64,000 bases of DNA from Mobula hypostoma (Eukaryota): the NCBI RefSeq assembly GCF_963921235.1, contig NC_086097.1:172362001-172426000 (forward strand), read 5' to 3'. Both the position numbers and the translations under genes were made by a program. Below, one piece after another: positions 34,797 to 46,503 of this stretch (position 1 is the first letter of the stretch; each line of letters begins with the position of its first letter). Below the pieces are notes generated by a model. That model did no database searches and was not told the DNA's origin. It was given only the letters and a program-made list of their open reading frames with translations.

Positions 34797-37700
34797 GGTT
34801 TCTTGTGGCAATACGCGACTAGGTGGTTAAGCAAAAAAAAAATCTCAAAAAAATACACAATAAAAGACCAACAAATTTAAGATGATAAATACAGAACATG
34901 CCAAGAGAAGCCAGATACAATCCAACACATTACAGGATCCTGCAGAAGTTTAAATCAATCTAATTATACAGGCACAATCAAGTGGCAAACGTCATTCACC
35001 AAAACCTTGCTTTAAAATACAAACCTATAAAAGACATCATACCTTACTATGAATGCAGGACTGATCCAGTTTTAGGGTCAAACTCCTACAAATTATATTA
35101 CAACCAATCCATTATTACAGATAGGACAATCCATAATAACCATCTGGATATAATATAACAGGATAAACGAGCAGGATATAGCAACTCTAAACACATGCAA
35201 CATACTGTAGTTAGTAAGTGAAAAACACCAAAAATATGCTGAATAAAAAGAGGAATTGAAAGACTATGGAACATGAACAGGGTATATATTATCCCAGTAG
35301 TAATATCTACATCTGATATCATCCCAAAGTCACTACAAAATAGCATTAAACAATTAGACCTACACAGCAATATTTATGTAAATCTCCAGAAATTCAAAAT
35401 ACAAAACATCACTAGAATAGTCTGAAAGTTCCATGCAATGAGAAATGAGTGTGCATCAGGTCTTACCAGACTGAGCTGAGAAAAAAATAAAAATATAGTA
35501 ATAAATAAGCAATAAATATTGACAACATGAGACGAAGAGTCCTTGAAAGTGAGTTCATAGGCTGCGGAACAGTTCAGTGATGGGTTGAGTGAGGTTATCC
35601 CCTTTGATTCAAGAACCTGAAGGTTGAGGAATAATAGCTGTTCCGAGGACAGATCCCTTGAAATGATAACACCAAGGAATTTAAAGTTTGCTGACCTTTC
35701 CCACCTCTGATCACCTGATGAGGACTGGCTCATGGATCTGTTCTCTTTCTCCTGAAGTCAATAATCAGCTCTTGGTCTTGCTAACATTGAGGGATAAGTT
35801 TTTGTTGTGGCACCACTCAACCAGATTTTCAATCTTTCTCCTATATGCTGATTTATGACCACCTTTGATTTAGCCAACAACAACAGTGTCGTCAGCAAAC
35901 TTATATACAGCATTGGAGCTGTGTTTAGGCTCAATGTCACAGGTATAATGTGAGCATAGCAGGGGGCTAATCACACAGCCTCATGGTGCATCCATGCTGA
36001 TGGAGATTATGGACAAGATGCTGTTGCCAATCCGAAATGGCTGGGGTCCACAAGTGAGGAAAATGCTTATACAGTTGCACAAGGAGGTACTTGAAGCCTA
36101 CCTCTTGAAGCTTATTGATCAGTTTTGAGGGATGATCCTATTGAATGCCAAGCTGTAATCAATGAAGAGCATCCTGATGTATGAATTGTTGCTGTCCTGA
36201 TGTTCCAGGGTTGAGTGAGGAGCCATGAAATCCAATCTGCTCTTCATTCCTTTCCCAATTGTGCAGCCATGTTCTCAGACACCTATATTGACCCCTCTCT
36301 GTTATTCCATTATTGTCATTCTAACATTTCTCATTTGTACACCTCAGCAGGTTATTCAACACCATTCTGCTGTTTTGCACTTGTCATTGTACTTATTGTT
36401 GTACTTACTATCACCATGTATTGCGTTTAATCTGTGAGTGTCAATGCAAATATGTTTTAAGATAGATGGGTACTTGATGGTTAGTATGAACACTGTGGGC
36501 TGAAGGGTCTGCTTGACTGCTGAATGACTCTATGAGCTCAACAATATCCAAGGTAAAGCAGGTTGATTAAGTGGCACCCTGTCCACTGCCCTGCACCAGG
36601 GTCTCTATGGGTATGCTGTGCACCACCTTCACCCATCTGACAGCACCTCCCAAACTTATGACTGCTAAAAGTGGAAGAATAGCAGCAGGTGATTGGAAAC
36701 ATGACCATGTGCAGGTTCCCCTCCAAGTCGTCACTACTCTGCCTTTATCATCAATGGAACTCCACACCTTTAGCTGAAAGAGTGAAGGGTCTCAAGAAGA
36801 TGGCTTACTAGTGCTTCCTGTGGTCAGTTAGGGACCAGGAATAAGTGCAATGCCAGCAATGTCAGATTCTGAGGAAAATATTAAATTCACTCCTTGCCTT
36901 TGTCTTATCATTATAGAAGGCATATTTGATCATTCCTGAATTGCCTTCACCTTCTCTCCCCGCCACTAAATCCATTCTTTTAAATTGCCTTTCAAGCTGC
37001 TTGTCAATTCTTCCCACTACCTGCTCTTCCCATCGATGCACCTGAACAGTTGAGGTTTCCCGTATGCTCCCTCTTTATGAACAGTCACCTCTCAATTGGA
37101 CCAGTACCAGACCTCAGTTGTTCAGTTGTTACTCACTTCACTGTTTCTCACATTCCTCTACACTGAAAGGAACGCTGATGATGAATTCTGATGAGAATAT
37201 GGCCTGTAGCAATTTATAAGTAATTTGTCAATGTATCCTTTCAAATTGCATTTTTATAGTTTTAAGTGGATCTACCTTTACCTTGTGCTGCAAAATTGTT
37301 TCTCCTGTTTAATACTCTTCCAATATTTATGGATTTTTGCCTTCAGGTGTCTTTATTAGAAAAGGTTAGACATTGTTGCTACAGCTTAATTTCTACTTCT
37401 TGATAAATACCACAAGGTTTGGTTGATTCTTCAGACTTAGTGTTTCTAGGAATGCTTCGTATTGTGCCTTTGGCTGGCATTTATTTAATACTCCCCTGTT
37501 TTATCCCCTGTCTCATCTATTTCCCTTTCACATTTGGTTTCAAATCCAGCTTACCTGTGACCTGCAAGCAACAGGATAGCAATTTGCTCTCTTGGACACC
37601 ACAATTTTACAAAAGCCCTGATCTGCCTCATACAGCAGAAATTAGAGACTATTTAGCCCATCACTGGAAAGGATAACAAATTCAGTTCATTCATGTGTGT

Positions 37701-37915
37701 TTCTTAAGTCTAAATCCCTGCATATTTCTCTCTTCTAAGTATTTATCCATTTTGAATTTATTTCCACCAGCCTTTCAGACAGGAAATCTTGCCAAACAAA
37801 TCTGTTGGAATTCCTTGAGGAAATAACAGGCAGGATAGACTAAGGAGAGTCAGTGGATGCTGCTTACTTGGATTTTCCAAGATCTTTGACAAAGTGCTGC
37901 ACATGAAGCTGCTTA

Positions 37916-39703
37916 GTCATAGTCATAGTCATAGCCATACTTTATTGATCCAGTGGGAAATTGGTTTTCGTTACAGTTGCACCATAAATAATAAATAGTA
38001 ATCGAACCATAAATAGTTAAATAAATTATGCCAGTAAATTATGAAATAAGTCCAGGACCAGCCTATCGGCTCTGGGTGTCTGACCCTCCAAGGGAGGAGT
38101 TGTAAAGTTTGATGGCCATAGGCAGGAATGACTTCCTATGACGCTCTGTGCTGCATCTCGGTGGAATGAGTCTCTGGCTGAATGTACTCCTGTGCCCACC
38201 CAGTATATTATGTAGTGGGTGGGAGACATTGACCAAGATGGCATGCAACTTAGACAGCATCCTCTTTTCAGACACCACCGTGAGAGAGTCCAGTTCCATC
38301 CCCACAACATCACTGGCCTTACAAATGAGTTTGTTGATTCTGTTGGTGTCTGCTACCCTCAGCCTGCTGCCCCAACACACAACAGCAAATATGATAGCAC
38401 TGGCCACCACAGACTCATAGAACATCCTCAGCATCGTCCAGCAGATGTTAAAGGACCTCAGTCTCCTCAGGAAATAGAGACGGCTCTGACCCTTCTTGTA
38501 GACAGCCTCAGTGTCCTTAGACCAGTCCAGCTTATTGTCAATTTGTATCCCCAGATATTTGGAATCCTCCACCATGTCCAAACTGACCCCCTGGATGGAA
38601 ACAGGGGTCACTGGTACCTTAGCTCTCCTCAGGTCTACCACCAGCTCCTTAGTCTTTTTCACATTAAGCTGCAGATAATTCTGCTCACACCATGTGACAA
38701 AGTTTCCTACCGTAGCCCTGTACTCAGTTTCATCTCCCTTGCTGATGCATCCAACTATCGCAGAGTCATCCGAAAACTTCTGAAGATGACAAGACTCTGT
38801 GCAATAGTTGAAGTCCGAGGTGTAAATGGTGAAGAGAAAGGGAGACAAGACAGTCCCCTGTGGAGCCCCAGTGCTGCTGATCACTCTGTCGGACACACAG
38901 TGTTGCAAGCACACGTACTGTGGTCTGCCAGTCAGGTAATCAAGGATCCATGATACCAGGGAAGCATCCACCTGCATCGCTGTCAGCTTCTCCCCCAGCA
39001 GAGCAGGGCAGATGGTGTTGAACGTACTGGAGAAGTCAAAAAACATGACCCTCACAGTGCTCGCTGGCTTGTCCAGGTGGGCGTAGACACAGTTCAGCAG
39101 GTGGACGATGGCATCCTCAACTCCTAGTTGTGGCTGGTAGGCGAACTGGAGGGGATCTAAGTGTGGCCTGGCCATAGGCCGGAGCAGCTCCAGAACAAGT
39201 CTCTCCAGGGTCTTCATGATGTGGGAGGTCAATGCCACCAGTCTGTAGCCATTGAGGCTGCTGGGGTGTGGCGTCTTTGGCACAGGGACAAGGCAGGATG
39301 TCTTCTACAGTACAGGAACCCTCCGGAGCCTCAGGCTCATGTTGAATACATGGCGAAGTACTCCACATAGCTGAGGGGCACAGGGTTTGAGCACCCTGGT
39401 ACTGATACCATCCGCTCCTGCAGCCTTGCTTGGGTTGAGACGTTTCAGCTGTCTTCTCACCTGTTCAGCCGTGAAGCCCACCATGGTGGTTTCCTGTGGG
39501 GGAGGGGTATAGTCATGAGAGCAGGGTGGGGGACTGTGAGGAGGGGTAGGAGGGGAGAGTGGAATATGTGTTGGTTGGGGGCCGACAACAGATGACTCAT
39601 GTGGGGGATGGGCAGGGGTCACAATGTCAAATCTGTTAAAGAACAGGTTAAGTTCGTTGGCCCTGTCCACACTGCCTTCAGCTCCTCTGTTGCTAGTTTC
39701 TGT
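37916..39703 (-). mobile_element. Rex1/Babar LINE, 5'-truncated
   Basis: ORFs 39305..39670 and 38063..39283; (TATGAC)n tail; TSD TGCTTA at 37910-37915 and 39704-39709. Confidence 0.93.
38063..39283 (-). CDS. Rex1/Babar reverse transcriptase and C-terminal domain (transposon-derived)
   Basis: [72 protein letters not shown]. Confidence 0.85.
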   Translation of the reverse strand: MPKTPHPSSLNGYRLVALTSHIMKTLERLVLELLRPMARPHLDPLQFAYQPQLGVEDAIVHLLNCVYAHLDKPASTVRVMFFDFSSTFNTICPALLGEKLTAMQVDASLVSWILDYLTGRPQYVCLQHCVSDRVISSTGAPQGTVLSPFLFTIYTSDFNYCTESCHLQKFSDDSAIVGCISKGDETEYRATVGNFVTWCEQNYLQLNVKKTKELVVDLRRAKVPVTPVSIQGVSLDMVEDSKYLGIQIDNKLDWSKDTEAVYKKGQSRLYFLRRLRSFNICWTMLRMFYESVVASAIIFAVVCWGSRLRVADTNRINKLICKASDVVGMELDSLTVVSEKRMLSKLHAILVNVSHPLHNILGGHRSTFSQRLIPPRCSTERHRKSFLPMAIKLYNSSLGGSDTQSR

Positions 39704-42700
39704 TGCTTAACAAGAGCCCATGGTATTATAGGGAAGATATTAGCATGGATAGAAAAGTGGCTGACAGGCAGGAGGCAGAGAGTGGGAATAAAGGGAGCCT
39801 TTTATGCTCGGCTGCCAGTGACTAGTGGTGTTCTGTAGGGATCGGTGTTGGGACCATGTCATTTCATGTTATATGTCAAGCATTTGGATGATGGAATTGA
39901 TGGCTTTGTGGCCATGTTTGAGAACAATATGAAGATAGGTCGATGGGCAGGTAGTGTTGAAGCAGGGAGCCTCAGAAGGATTTAGACAGATTGGAAAAAT
40001 TGACAAAGAAGTGTCAGACGGAATATGGTGTAGTTCAAGCACTTTGGTAGAAGAAATTAAACCGTAGACTATTAAACAGGGTGAAAATTCAACAATCAGA
40101 GGTGTAAAGGGGCTTGGGAGTCCAGGTGCAGGTTTCCTAAAAATTAACTTGCAGATTGAGTCAGTGTCAAGGAAAGCAAATACAATGTTAGCATTCATTT
40201 TGAGAGGACTAGAATACAAAGCAAGGATGTAATGCTCAGGCTTAATAAGGCATTGGACACATCACACTTGGAGTACTGTGAATGGTTTTGGGCCCCTTAT
40301 CGAAGAAAAAATGAGCTGTTTTGGACAGGGTCCAGAGGAAGTTCACAAGAATAGTTCCAGAAATGAAATGATTAACATTTAAGGAGCGCTTGATGGCTCT
40401 GAGCCTGTACTCGCCAGAGTTTAGAAGAACAGGGGGAATCTCATTGAAACCCATTGAATTTTAAAAGATCTGGATAGAATGGATGTATGAATATAGTTGC
40501 CTATAGTGGGTGAGTCTAGGACCAGAGGATGTAACCTCAGAATTAAGGGGATGCCCACTTAGAACAAAGATGAAGAGGAAGATTTTTTTGCCATAGGGTA
40601 GTGAATCTGTGGAATTCATTGCCATAGACAGCTGTGAAGGCCAAGTCATTGGGTATATTTAAAGCCGAAGTTGATAGGTTCTTATTAGTCAGGGTGATAT
40701 AAAGGTTATGGGGAGAAGGCAGGAGAATGGGATTGAGAGAGATAATAAGTCAGCCATGATGGAATGGCGGAGCAGACTCAATGGGCTGAATGGCCTAATT
40801 CTGCCCCTATGTCTTGTAGTCTAATAGGCATTTCTGACAATTGTGTCCATCCCTATTTGACAATGAACTGAGGAAACAGACATCAAGTTTAACAGAAAGA
40901 CACCTCAACAGGTAAATGGAGAGGAAAGGTTTAGAGGGATATGGGCAAAATGCAAGTAAATGGGACTAGTAGGCACCTTGGTTGGCATTGATGAGTTGGG
41001 ACAAAGGGCCTGCTTCCATAATGTATAGCTTGATGACTCTTGAGTTACCACAACAGTGCAATAGCATGGCCAGACCAGGTAGGAACTATACTTTTCCTTC
41101 CTGGAGGGAGATCAATGAATCAGGTGATATATTTTTAATATTATTCCAGTTGTTTCATAGTTATTGTTGATGAGACTAGATTTATTCAATTGTTAGAACT
41201 TTAGTTCCTGAGTTGCCATGACCTTAGTGCCATTTACATAGAATATAGGAAGAGTACAGTTCTATGCACCCATCACACTGTGTGTGAAAAAAATGCCCCA
41301 AGCATTTTCTTTAAATTTCCCCCTCTCACCCTAAATACATATCCTCTAGTATTTGACAATACTACCCTGGGAAAAAGATTCTGAATGTCCTTCCCTCTCA
41401 TATCTATGCCTCTCATTTTTTTATAAACATCTGTCAGGTCTCCCATACTCCAGAGAAAACAAGCCAAGTTAGTTCAACCTCTCCTTATGCTTATTTTTTT
41501 CCTAACCAGGACAACATCCTGGTAACCCTCTCCTTCATCCTTTTGGATACCCCCACATTGTTCCTGAAATGGGGCAACCAGAATTGCACAATACTTCAAC
41601 TGTGGCCTAACGGAAGATTTTTACAGCTACAAGAGTTGTTGACTCATATAGTCAATACCCTGATCTATGAAAACGAGCATCCCATGCACCTTCTTTACAA
41701 CTCCATCTCATTGTTTGGCCACTTTCAGGAAGCTATGGTCTTGGACCTTGATATGCTTCGGTACATCAAGTTCTATACAATTTCTCTGTTGCCTTGCAAA
41801 TTATTTTTATTAAACAGGAGATTAAGGGTTATAGAGCCAAGGCTGATAGGGTTAAGAGATGGGACTAACGGGATGGTTGCATATACTTGAGGGGCTGACT
41901 GGACACTTCTTCCAAGCAAAACTGAGAAAGAGATGGAAACGTTTTACGCTGCAAGATGTACAGCCCAGTGCTAGTATGATAGAATATTGACAGTGAACGA
42001 CATCAGTTGTCAACTCAGCAGGACCTTAGAAAGAAAGGTCACTTCTGTAAAGATTGCTGAGACACACAGATAAGAGAGTTTGGCGGGCTTCCGTTCCAAT
42101 GTACAACCAATTGTTTGGGAGCAAACTTACCGCAAAGGAAAAATCTCATTTCAAGCAGGCTGATGTTTGTCTCATGGATGGGTGCAGAGAAAACTTTTAT
42201 CGAAGGGACTTAACTGACAGGAAGTGTATGGCTGATGCCTCAATTTTCTTACACAGCAGGAGGATCTATTTTCCTTTGACCTGGATTCTTTGATATCTAT
42301 AATCCGTCCTGCCGAAAAAATTGTTTTCTAAATTTACAGCAGCAATCTTCATCTTGTGGATGGAGGTGGCTCTTTCTTTCGTGCAGCCAATTACACAGCA
42401 CGAAAGAGCTACTTTATTGGGTTCAGAAGCAATTTGGGGAAGCTTGAGACTTGAAGACTCTCAAGAAAATCACTTTGGAACCATCTATGCAGGAAGACAA
42501 ATACTCCTTTCACACTATTTTCTGTAAAATATCTTTTATGCTCTCCATAATTTCCAGTTGTGAGGAAGAAAGTTTTCAGATAAATGCAGAGAAGTTTGGC
42601 TCTCCCTCCTTCACAAACCATAAAGGCGTCCCATTCAACTGATTGGACTTGTGTCTACTCACTGAAAGAACTATTTTCCCCCCATTCCCAACACAATAGC

Positions 42701-42829
42701 TTACTTCTTGTTCTCTTCTTAATAAACAGAGTAATAATTCCCCTTTCTTTCAAAAGTAATGGCAGTATTTATTTTTATCATACTTTCAGGCAGTGAAGTT
42801 TAAATTATTACACCTCTCCTCAGACCACA

Positions 42830-43370
42830 AATCATCTCTGTTACATGCCTCACCATCACCTTCTCCTCTTTATGTGAGCCATGTTACCTCTTCACTCTTA
42901 TTCTGATGCAGGGTTTCAACCCAAAGCATCGACAGTTCCTTTCCTTCCACAGATGCTGCTCGGTCTGTTGAGTTCATCCAGCCGTTTGTTTGTTGCTTTA
43001 GATTCAGAAAGATGGCATCCATTATTCAGGACCCCATCAGCTAGGACATTATTACTGTAAAGATTTAGATACAGAAGGCACACACTCAACAATTCAGGAT
43101 CAGCTTCTTCCCCTCTGCCATCCAATGTTAAAATGGACATTGAACCCATGAACACTACCTCACTTTTTTAATACTTCTGTTTTTGCACTACTATTTTTAA
43201 ATTTAACTGCTTAATATACATATATATATTTTTACTGTAATTCTTTTGTTTACATTTAGCATAAATTACATTGTACTGCTGCTACTAAGTTAACAAATTT
43301 TACGACATATGCCAGTGGTATTAAATCTGATTCTGATTCCGATTTCAACATCTGCAGTCTCTTGTGACTC
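42830..43370 (+). mobile_element. PLE-derived terminal element with decayed hammerhead, split by a Rex 3' fragment (~43007-43340)
   Basis: CTGATGC-A-GGGTT-TC-AACCC-AAAG-CATC-GAC, CAGATGCTG..TGTTGAGTTCATCCAGC; resumes CAACATCTGCAGTCTC. Confidence 0.65.
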
Positions 43371-43541
43371 CTCTAAAATATTTTGTTGCATAAAAAGAAA
43401 TTCATCTCACCTTCCACTCTGGATTTCCCGACACTTATTTTATTTCCTCTACTGCCCTTCTTGGAAGTAATTTCAGAACTTTCAGTACTTTCTGGAAGAA
43501 CCATGGGAGTGGCAGCGGCAGTGGCAGTGTTAAACAAATAC

Positions 43542-43608
43542 ATGAATGAATGAATGAATGAATGAATGAATAAATAAATAAATAAATAAATGCATACATA
43601 CATAAATA
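43542..43608 (+). repeat. Compound microsatellite (ATGA)n(ATAA)n(ATAC)n
   Basis: Read directly from the sequence. Confidence 0.9.
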
Positions 43609-44394
43609 AGTAGAAATACTTCGCCCAACTGATATCCTGCGTCAGTTAGGCAGATGGGGGAAGGTAGACCAGGGTATCCAGTGGAAGGAATGTGTGGGTA
43701 ATGGACATAAAAAGTGGGTGGAAGACAGTAAAAGGAATAGGGAGACAGGGGCTGTGGTGGGTGTAGAAGGAAGTGGGTGATCAGAGGAGAGAAAAGAGAC
43801 AGAGAACAATATACTTTTATGTGCACAGGGCAAGAGCAGGTAGAAATTATAGGGGTACCAGAGCAATATTGTTTGTGCCATGGATAGGAGATAGTGCAGG
43901 GTTGAGGCACTATCAAGTTGTAGACAGTGGCGAGTTGGTCTGCAGTGATGAGATCTAGAATAAAAATCCAGTGGAGAAACTCAGCACATTGAGCATCTAG
44001 CTTGTGTGTAAGGAAGCTTCAGATCAAAATACAACATTAAAACATTATCCAAGTGGAATTTATGAAACAGGTCTGTGAAGTTGTTAGGTATTTAATTGAA
44101 GTTGGTGAGATGTAACACACTCGTGTAGTTCAAGTGATCTCTGCTGCACATCCACTAAGTCTGGCTGGTGGATCGCTTGTTCATGAAGTTGTGTCTGAGT
44201 TGGAGCCAGGGCAGACTTCAAGAAGTGAAGTTTCAAGTCCCAGTAAATCTGAAAAGCGAAGGGAATGGCCATTATGTTTAAATCCAGAACTAGAGTCCAG
44301 AATTGGATTCAGGAACAAAATTTTCTTGGCAATTAGAAAAACTCAGAAAATCAGTTTGTAGACTAGTGGTGTTTGTAGGATATATACAGACATT

Positions 44395-45145
44395 CGCTAT
44401 TTTGTGCTGGCAGCTCATTCCACACTCTCACAACTCTCTGAGTAAAGAGGTTTCCCCTCATCTTCCCCTTAAACTTCTCACCTTTCATCCTTAACCCATG
44501 AACTCCGGTTGCAGTCCCACTCAACCTCAGTGGAAAAAGCCTGCTTGTATTTTCCCTATTTATAGCCTTCATAATTTTGTGTACCTCTATCAAATCTCCT
44601 CTCAATCTTCTACATTCTAAAGAATACAGTCCTAATCTATTCAATCTTACCTTATTACTCAGGTCCTCCAGGGCCAGCTACATCCTTGTAGTTTTTCTCT
44701 GCAGTCTTTCAGCCATGTTTACGTCCTTCCTGTAGGTAGGTGATCAAAACTGCACAAAATACTCCAGATTACACCTCACTAATATTTTATACAACTTCAA
44801 CATAACATCCCATACATTGATTTATGGCCAATGTGCCAAAAACATTTCTTATGACTCTATCTACCTGTGACACCACTTTCAACAAATTAAGTGCCTGTAT
44901 TCCCAGGTCCCTTTGTTCTACTACACTCCTCAGTGTCCTACCATTCACTGTGTAAGACCTATCCTGGCTGGTCCTACCAAAGTGCACAACCTCACACCTG
45001 GCTGCACTAAGTTCCATCTGCCATTTTTCAGCCCATTTTTACAGATGATTCAGGTCACTCTGCAAGTCATCATAGCCTTCCTCACTGTCCACTACACCCA
45101 CAATCTTGGTGTCTTCTGCATATTTTCCATACGATTCATGTAGAT
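44395..45145 (-). mobile_element. Old CR1 fragment
   Basis: CEVVHFGRT, EQRDLGIQ, RLGLYSLECRRLRGDLIEV, FTQRVVRVWNELP. Confidence 0.85.
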
Positions 45146-46407
45146 CATTTCATCATATCAGTGCACTGAGGAGTGCACCAAGGGAAAAGGATACATAAAA
45201 TAGCACTACAGCCTTACTGGAGTTGTGAGGCAGTGGCTCCACAAGCTTTGCCGTAGCACCACTCCAATAGAGCTTGCAACAAGTCTGTAAAGTCTTAGTG
45301 TTATTATAATTGAAGTGATCTGCTTTGCAAATAAGTCTCCTCCTCTTTTGATATATTGATATACTGTGTCTTAATGCCTTTGTGAAAGCAGAACAGTGTC
45401 TCTTTCTTGGAAAAGTTTCAAACCCTTTAGTAATCTGCCCCGTAAATCATGGAAGTCCATAGACTAATAGTCTTCCTGTTTGTATTACTTTTGGAATTCA
45501 GCCAAGCACATTCCATCCTTCCATTTTAAATGTCATTTATAAACAAATGGGCCACCATGTGAAATTCTTGACATTCTCTCCACTAATTGCTTACATTGGC
45601 CTGAGTTTGGATTCATATCGATGCTGTGTTTGGCAGCTCGGAGCCCTTGGCCGACTTTCATGTGACTTTTGGTGCTGGATGTGCAGAGAATGATGCTCAG
45701 TTTCCTATTCCCTGCATGAATAGTCATCTTTATCACGAAAATCAATACCATCAGGAACAGATGTTATTGAAAGGAGACAGTGTAAAGTCATTAGGCTTTT
45801 GCCAGGGATAAAATTCTTCAGTTATGAGGAGAGACTGAAGGGGCAGGGCTTGTTTTCATTGTAGCAGAGGAAACTGAGTCCCAATAGAGACCCAAAATTA
45901 TGAGGAGTATAGATAGGTCAAATAATAATTTTTTCTCCATGGTAGATGTATCTAAGAACAGAGGGCACAACTTGAAGCTGAAGAGTAACTGGAATTGGAA
46001 CTGGTTTATAATTGTCACATGTATTGATTCAGATTCATATTCATTAATTTATCACATGTACATTAAAACTTATAGTAAAATTTGTCATTTGCATTAACAA
46101 CCAACACAACCAACTGTACGCATGTGCCTTCAGCCCCCCAGAACTGGCCACATATGGGCCCCCAACCTCCAATCTTTGGCCCCAGAATCCCAGACTTGCA
46201 GATAACAGGCCTCCAACTTCCAGACATGCTGACCAGGGGCCTCAGCCTCCAGACTCACTGACTTCTGTCTTTGACCTCCAGGATTTGACCCCAGGATCTG
46301 TCTGTCTGTCTGTATCTTGTTTTACGGCGGTTGGCATCCAGCTTAATGGTGCATTACCGCCACCCTCTGCTCCAGAATGTGCACTAAACATACATTCTAA
46401 ATCCCTT

Positions 46408-46434
<27 letters not shown>
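46408..46434 (+). repeat. (AC)n microsatellite in the Nimb 3' UTR
   Basis: Read directly from the sequence. Confidence 0.9.
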
Positions 46435-46443
<9 letters not shown>

Positions 46444-46503
46444 CAAACCTACACTTCACCCTCCCATCTTTGACCATCCTAGTATCCTATTCCTGTTTAT
46501 TCG

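Larger units (their letters stand above)
32268..35495 (+). mobile_element. R4/Dong-clade non-LTR retrotransposon (RT + restriction-like endonuclease), decayed, interrupted by a CR1 and an LTR
   Basis: DPSKYHPIT, EEQKGC, IDYQKQFDSIPHS, GTFQGDSLSPLWF, LYMDNLKLY, FGLDK, KYLG, PETEGF|LVAI, RHNQVANVIH, TDRTIHNN.LDII; (TAA)-rich flanks. Confidence 0.85.
32050..36240 (-). mobile_element. Rex1/Babar-type LINE, split by an R4/Dong element
   Basis: (TTTGAAC)-type 3' tail at 32050; RT remnants at 35495-36240 (LFIDYSLAFN, KFADD, SKTKELIIDFR, FKFLGVII). Confidence 0.75.
31045..36870 (+). mobile_element. Very old CR1/L2-group LINE, split by a ~5.1 kb nested stack
   Basis: SEVGMF.D, DLDTSRHGL-like and ..PTTL at 31045-31448; continues L.NIQGKA at 36534 through a 3' end near 36870. 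Confidence 0.55.
37782..40822 (+). mobile_element. Older CR1, split by a Rex LINE
   Basis: GESVDAAYLDFP..FDKV.HMKLL|..AHGIIGKILAWI, 3' stem-loop GGAGCAGA..TCTGCCCC. Confidence 0.85.

Noticed and set aside
38148..38953. 244-aa and 90-aa plus-strand ORFs
   Set aside because: Antisense to the Rex1 RT, with no independent protein features
42054..42796. Cluster of short plus-strand ORFs in non-repetitive sequence
   Set aside because: 60-80 aa, mostly non-ATG starts, no recognisable domain; expected by chance
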